Part shown: piece by piece, positions 25,366 through 28,360 of the stretch
Layout of the letters: each line of letters begins with the position of its first letter
Position numbering within the stretch: the stretch's first letter is position 1
From: a virus
Taxonomy: Duplodnaviria; Caudoviricetes
Direction: 5' to 3' (one strand)
Virus record (IMG/VR): IMGVR_UViG_3300048599_000150
Location: 1 to 28,360 of that record
Length of the DNA: 28,360 nucleotides
The notes under the pieces: generated by a model
Seen by the model: the letters and a program-made list of their open reading frames with translations, nothing else
The model's database searches: none
What the model was told of the DNA's origin: nothing
Position numbers and translations under genes: made by a program

Positions 25366-25548
25366 TTATGCGTCACAATCCACCAAACAGTCGGCGCATA
25401 TCGGCCTCATGTATGTATCCTCGCCCCAACCGTTTTCTTTCGCCACCAATTCCGCCTGCAAAATAGTTTCCGTATCAATTTCAAGCTTCATTTTGCACAC
25501 GGAGCATGTAAACGTAACGGTTTTTGTTGTTTTGATATTTCCAATCAT
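25366..25548 (-). CDS. Small zinc-ribbon protein
   Basis: FTCSVC...GW...ICADC; start placed at ATG 25548 after GGAGG. Confidence 0.7.
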   Translation of the reverse strand: MIGNIKTTKTVTFTCSVCKMKLEIDTETILQAELVAKENGWGEDTYMRPICADCLVDCDA

Positions 25549-25578
25549 TTCTATGCCTCCAATCCTTCTATTGCGCAA

Positions 25579-25761
25579 CTACTCAGACCGTAAATCGTCG
25601 GCCTTTAAATCGATATATCTTTTTACCGTGGAACGGTTAATATAAAAAATTTTGCCTATCTCCGTTAAGTTGAAAAGCCCAGTTTCCCATATGGCTTTGA
25701 TTGCAATTATGTACTTATCGTCCAATACGCGCTTACTCATATTCCAGCAACTCATTTCCAT
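25579..25761 (-). CDS. Small HTH protein
   Basis: FNLTEIGKIFYINRSTVKRY helix-turn-helix pattern. Confidence 0.6.
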   Translation of the reverse strand: MEMSCWNMSKRVLDDKYIIAIKAIWETGLFNLTEIGKIFYINRSTVKRYIDLKADDLRSE

Positions 25762-25777
25762 TCATTTCTATTATTTG

Positions 25778-26845
25778 TCAATCCCATTGCTGACCGTCCA
25801 TGGTGCCCGCATTCGCCTTTGGGTTTGGTTCCCAGTCCCACAGATTCAATTTGCCTTTTGCCTGGACCGGATACAGGTCAGATAGATGTCCACAGTACGA
25901 ACACTTTTTATATGGTTCATAATCATTAAAATTTGGTGAGACTTTAATCAGCTTTCTATTTCCGCACCACCTTTGCATATGTTGATTAATCTTAAAGTGA
26001 ATTAATTGCTCTCTCGAAAACTTTTTCTCAACTCCAGGCAACCAACGTCCCCTGCCATCTACGTATAATTGTTTATTAAATATCATCACAAATGGCATAA
26101 ACCCCATTGACCGTAATGTGTAAATTCTATGTAAATCCTGCTCAATACTGCTCCAAAAGTTTGTAAGCACATACACACCGATTGAGCTTGGGTTCTTGAT
26201 ACCACTTTCCTTAATTAGTCTGAAATTAGGTTCAAGATTTTCGTTTGGATCGTCCCAAGCAAAGTGATAATCTTTGACTTTTATTTTCCTTATCTCTTCG
26301 ATAATGCTGTCATTTACAAACCTTGCATCTATCCCGCCATTAAACTCAATTTCTGCCTTTGATTCTTGCAGTTGATGAAGTAGGTTTCCCCTATCCTTGC
26401 AAGCAAGGATGTTCTGATCCAGCAAAACAATCTTCCTTTGCCCTGTCCAAAACTCTGATAAATCTGCAACCTTTACAGACTTGCAACCATCTTTAATAGG
26501 AGTAATACAAAATGTGTGATTACAGCGTGGGCAACCTCTTGTAAGCATACCTACGGCAAAATCATATTGAGGGTAAAGGCTATAGTCAGGACAAATATGT
26601 TCTATTTCATAAGGCAGCTTATTTTCCAAATCGTATCCACTACCACCACGAATAATTATGTCGCTTTTTATATTGTCTGGTTCATACGATTCAGTGAATA
26701 CCTTACTCATATACACTTTGTTATAATGTACTAATGGTTTTACAAATTCTACATTATCTCTATTAGCCTTATGGAATGCAGATATTTTCATCAATGGAAG
26801 GTTGGGGAAGTTATGGCTATCCACATCGACTAATCCTATGTTCGT
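25778..26845 (-). CDS. Phage radical SAM protein (ACG at the expected start)
   Basis: IGLVDVDSHNFPNLPLMKISA, GGSGY, PDYSLYP, TRGCPRCNHTFC, LLDQNIL and FNGGIDAR motifs. Extended to 26845 on the basis of the RBS. Confidence 0.85.
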   Translation of the reverse strand, partial: TNIGLVDVDSHNFPNLPLMKISAFHKANRDNVEFVKPLVHYNKVYMSKVFTESYEPDNIKSDIIIRGGSGYDLENKLPYEIEHICPDYSLYPQYDFAVGMLTRGCPRCNHTFCITPIKDGCKSVKVADLSEFWTGQRKIVLLDQNILACKDRGNLLHQLQESKAEIEFNGGIDARFVNDSIIEEIRKIKVKDYHFAWDDPNENLEPNFRLIKESGIKNPSSIGVYVLTNFWSSIEQDLHRIYTLRSMGFMPFVMIFNKQLYVDGRGRWLPGVEKKFSREQLIHFKINQHMQRWCGNRKLIKVSPNFNDYEPYKKCSYCGHLSDLYPVQAKGKLNLWDWEPNPKANAGTMDGQQWD

Positions 26846-26891
26846 GTTACATCACCTCCAAATACCACAATTTTTATAAAAATCTATCAAT

Positions 26892-27212
26892 TTACCTGTT
26901 TTTAGCCGATACCACAACTAATTCCTCGTACCCTACAAAAGCACCTTCTGCTGTAATTCCGTAAGTATTTTCAAGTTTTTCGGCCCATAATGCAGAGGCT
27001 ATTTCCATCATATTTCCATAACCAATGTACTCCCCTAATGCCCTTACAGCCTCAATTTCAGATTTTCGTGAATTACTGTTTTGTGTAATCCCCGAATAAG
27101 TAACATTTACATCCTGCAAGGTAGAACATTTTTTAAAGCCGGTTTTCGCCCACTCTTCAAAGTTCTTATCCTGCTGCCTCAACTCTGCCATTTTTCTATC
27201 AACGTCATTCAT
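26892..27212 (-). CDS. Hypothetical phage protein
   Basis: GGAGG RBS before ATG 27212; contains LGEYIGYGNMMEIASALW segment. Confidence 0.65.
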   Translation of the reverse strand: MNDVDRKMAELRQQDKNFEEWAKTGFKKCSTLQDVNVTYSGITQNSNSRKSEIEAVRALGEYIGYGNMMEIASALWAEKLENTYGITAEGAFVGYEELVVVSAKNR

Positions 27213-27278
27213 TTCAATGCCTCCAATCCTTCCTTTCCGCACTCTTTGGTGCTTCGCCATCTTTTACCTTTTTGCAAA

Positions 27279-27902
27279 CTATTGATTAGCTTTAAAAAAA
27301 GCTTTTGAAAATCCTGCCGGCGTTATTGCTCTTATCGCGGCTCGGTTGAGATTTAAATGTTTATATTCTTCAGGGCATCCCGGTTTTGCCCATTCCCGAC
27401 CATTGGTACGGTATCCAAATTTGACTGTAAGATTTTCCGGCTTGCGGTTCACTATTGATTTAGGCATTTTAAAGTAACCCCATAAATCAGTTCGTTTGAC
27501 CTGCACGCCACCGAATTGCCAGTGCTCAAAACATTGGCCCGGTACACCGAGAAATTGCCGTAGAAACCCCGTTGGATTTTCAAGCGCCCAAAATTTTAAC
27601 GTACCATCCAGCCGGCACTGCCAAATTATGTTCATGCATGCTTTGACAACTTCAAATGCCGATTCAAAGTCTCTTGGGTGATTGCTTTTTGCGAGTGAAA
27701 ATTCAGTGCATGGCGGCGCTGCAAGGATACCATATACATTTTTTGGAGGTTGATACGTCAACACATTATCGTCTGGTAAAGTAATTAATCTGACGTCATA
27801 GCCGGCAGCGCGATAATATTTACTCCAGCTACCAGTTCCACCACAAAGGTCTAAGATTATTTTTTCTCTGTTTTCCATGACAACCTCACTTTTCATAGTC
27901 AT
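27279..27902 (-). CDS. Compact C5 cytosine DNA methyltransferase-like protein
   Basis: Motif I ILDLCGGTG, motif IV PPC, motif VI ENP, and K.T.LWG. Confidence 0.8.
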   Translation of the reverse strand: MTMKSEVVMENREKIILDLCGGTGSWSKYYRAAGYDVRLITLPDDNVLTYQPPKNVYGILAAPPCTEFSLAKSNHPRDFESAFEVVKACMNIIWQCRLDGTLKFWALENPTGFLRQFLGVPGQCFEHWQFGGVQVKRTDLWGYFKMPKSIVNRKPENLTVKFGYRTNGREWAKPGCPEEYKHLNLNRAAIRAITPAGFSKAFFKANQ

Positions 27903-27921
27903 ACTCTCCTTCTTTTACGAA

Positions 27922-28197
27922 CTAATTTGTTTTTAAATGCTGCCCGCAGAAGGCACAATATTCAAGGCTGTAAGTAGGTTCTTTGCATACCGGGCAAACG
28001 GGGCATCCTGCAGGTGTCTCGCCATCTATGGCAACCGAGTTAATTTCGAATATCGGTTCAATCGCAACTTCCTTTTCCGGTAAATCCGGCTCAGTTAAAT
28101 GACATGGCCCTTCAACGCACCAATCGATATAGTCAGGTTCAATCATTTGAGGATGATGGCATTTCCTGTCGCCATACTCATATCTACATCCGTTCAT
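27922..28197 (-). CDS. Cys-rich / zinc-ribbon hypothetical protein
   Basis: CPVC.......YCAFCGQ C-terminal zinc ribbon; GGAG/GAGG RBS. Confidence 0.7.
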   Translation of the reverse strand: MNGCRYEYGDRKCHHPQMIEPDYIDWCVEGPCHLTEPDLPEKEVAIEPIFEINSVAIDGETPAGCPVCPVCKEPTYSLEYCAFCGQHLKTN

Positions 28198-28233
28198 ATC
28201 CTCACTCCTTCCTGCTTATGCATATTCTTTTCC

Positions 28234-28360
28234 TATTGTTCATCCCGCTTATCTCTGACCAACCATTTCAAAAAATAATCAACTGGACATTTCAGATTTT
28301 CATCTATGCACTGACAATCCCTATCTTTTTGCCCAAACGGGCAGTTATCCCTGCAAAAAT
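28234..28360. repeat. 127-bp direct repeat, copy 2 (runs to the window end); encodes the 3' end of the same Cys-rich ORF, stopping at TAG 28233-28235
   Basis: Identical by eye to 25149-25275. Confidence 0.93.

Overview
The window is the late half of a temperate siphovirus/prophage of Firmicutes (Clostridia-like) type, encoded almost entirely on the minus strand. From right to left it holds an accessory early block (C5 DNA methylase-like, radical SAM, small Zn-finger and HTH genes) and a RinA/ArpU-like late activator with its promoter. Next come TerS/TerL (PBSX type), an SPP1-type portal, a MuF head protein fused to an Ntox50-like toxin plus a probable immunity gene, an inserted GNAT/metallophosphoesterase block, GP20 scaffold and major capsid. 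Then come neck and tail genes (with a -1 frameshifted tail chaperone), tape measure, tail tip/receptor-binding proteins, holin and an M15 peptidase endolysin. The left end carries a small divergent module: a double ribbon-helix-helix regulator, an operator palindrome and small + strand ORFs ending in a complete type I hammerhead ribozyme (1365-1436) with a loop II pseudoknot and a kink-turn motif in stem III. Other notable signals are two inserted genes whose own promoters sit inside RBS-occluding hairpins, an ACG start and non-canonical Cys motif in the radical SAM gene, and an exact 127-bp direct repeat with copies 3,085 bp apart. No integrase, att site, tRNA, CRISPR array or reverse transcriptase was seen. 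All calls come from reading the sequence by eye; no searches were run.
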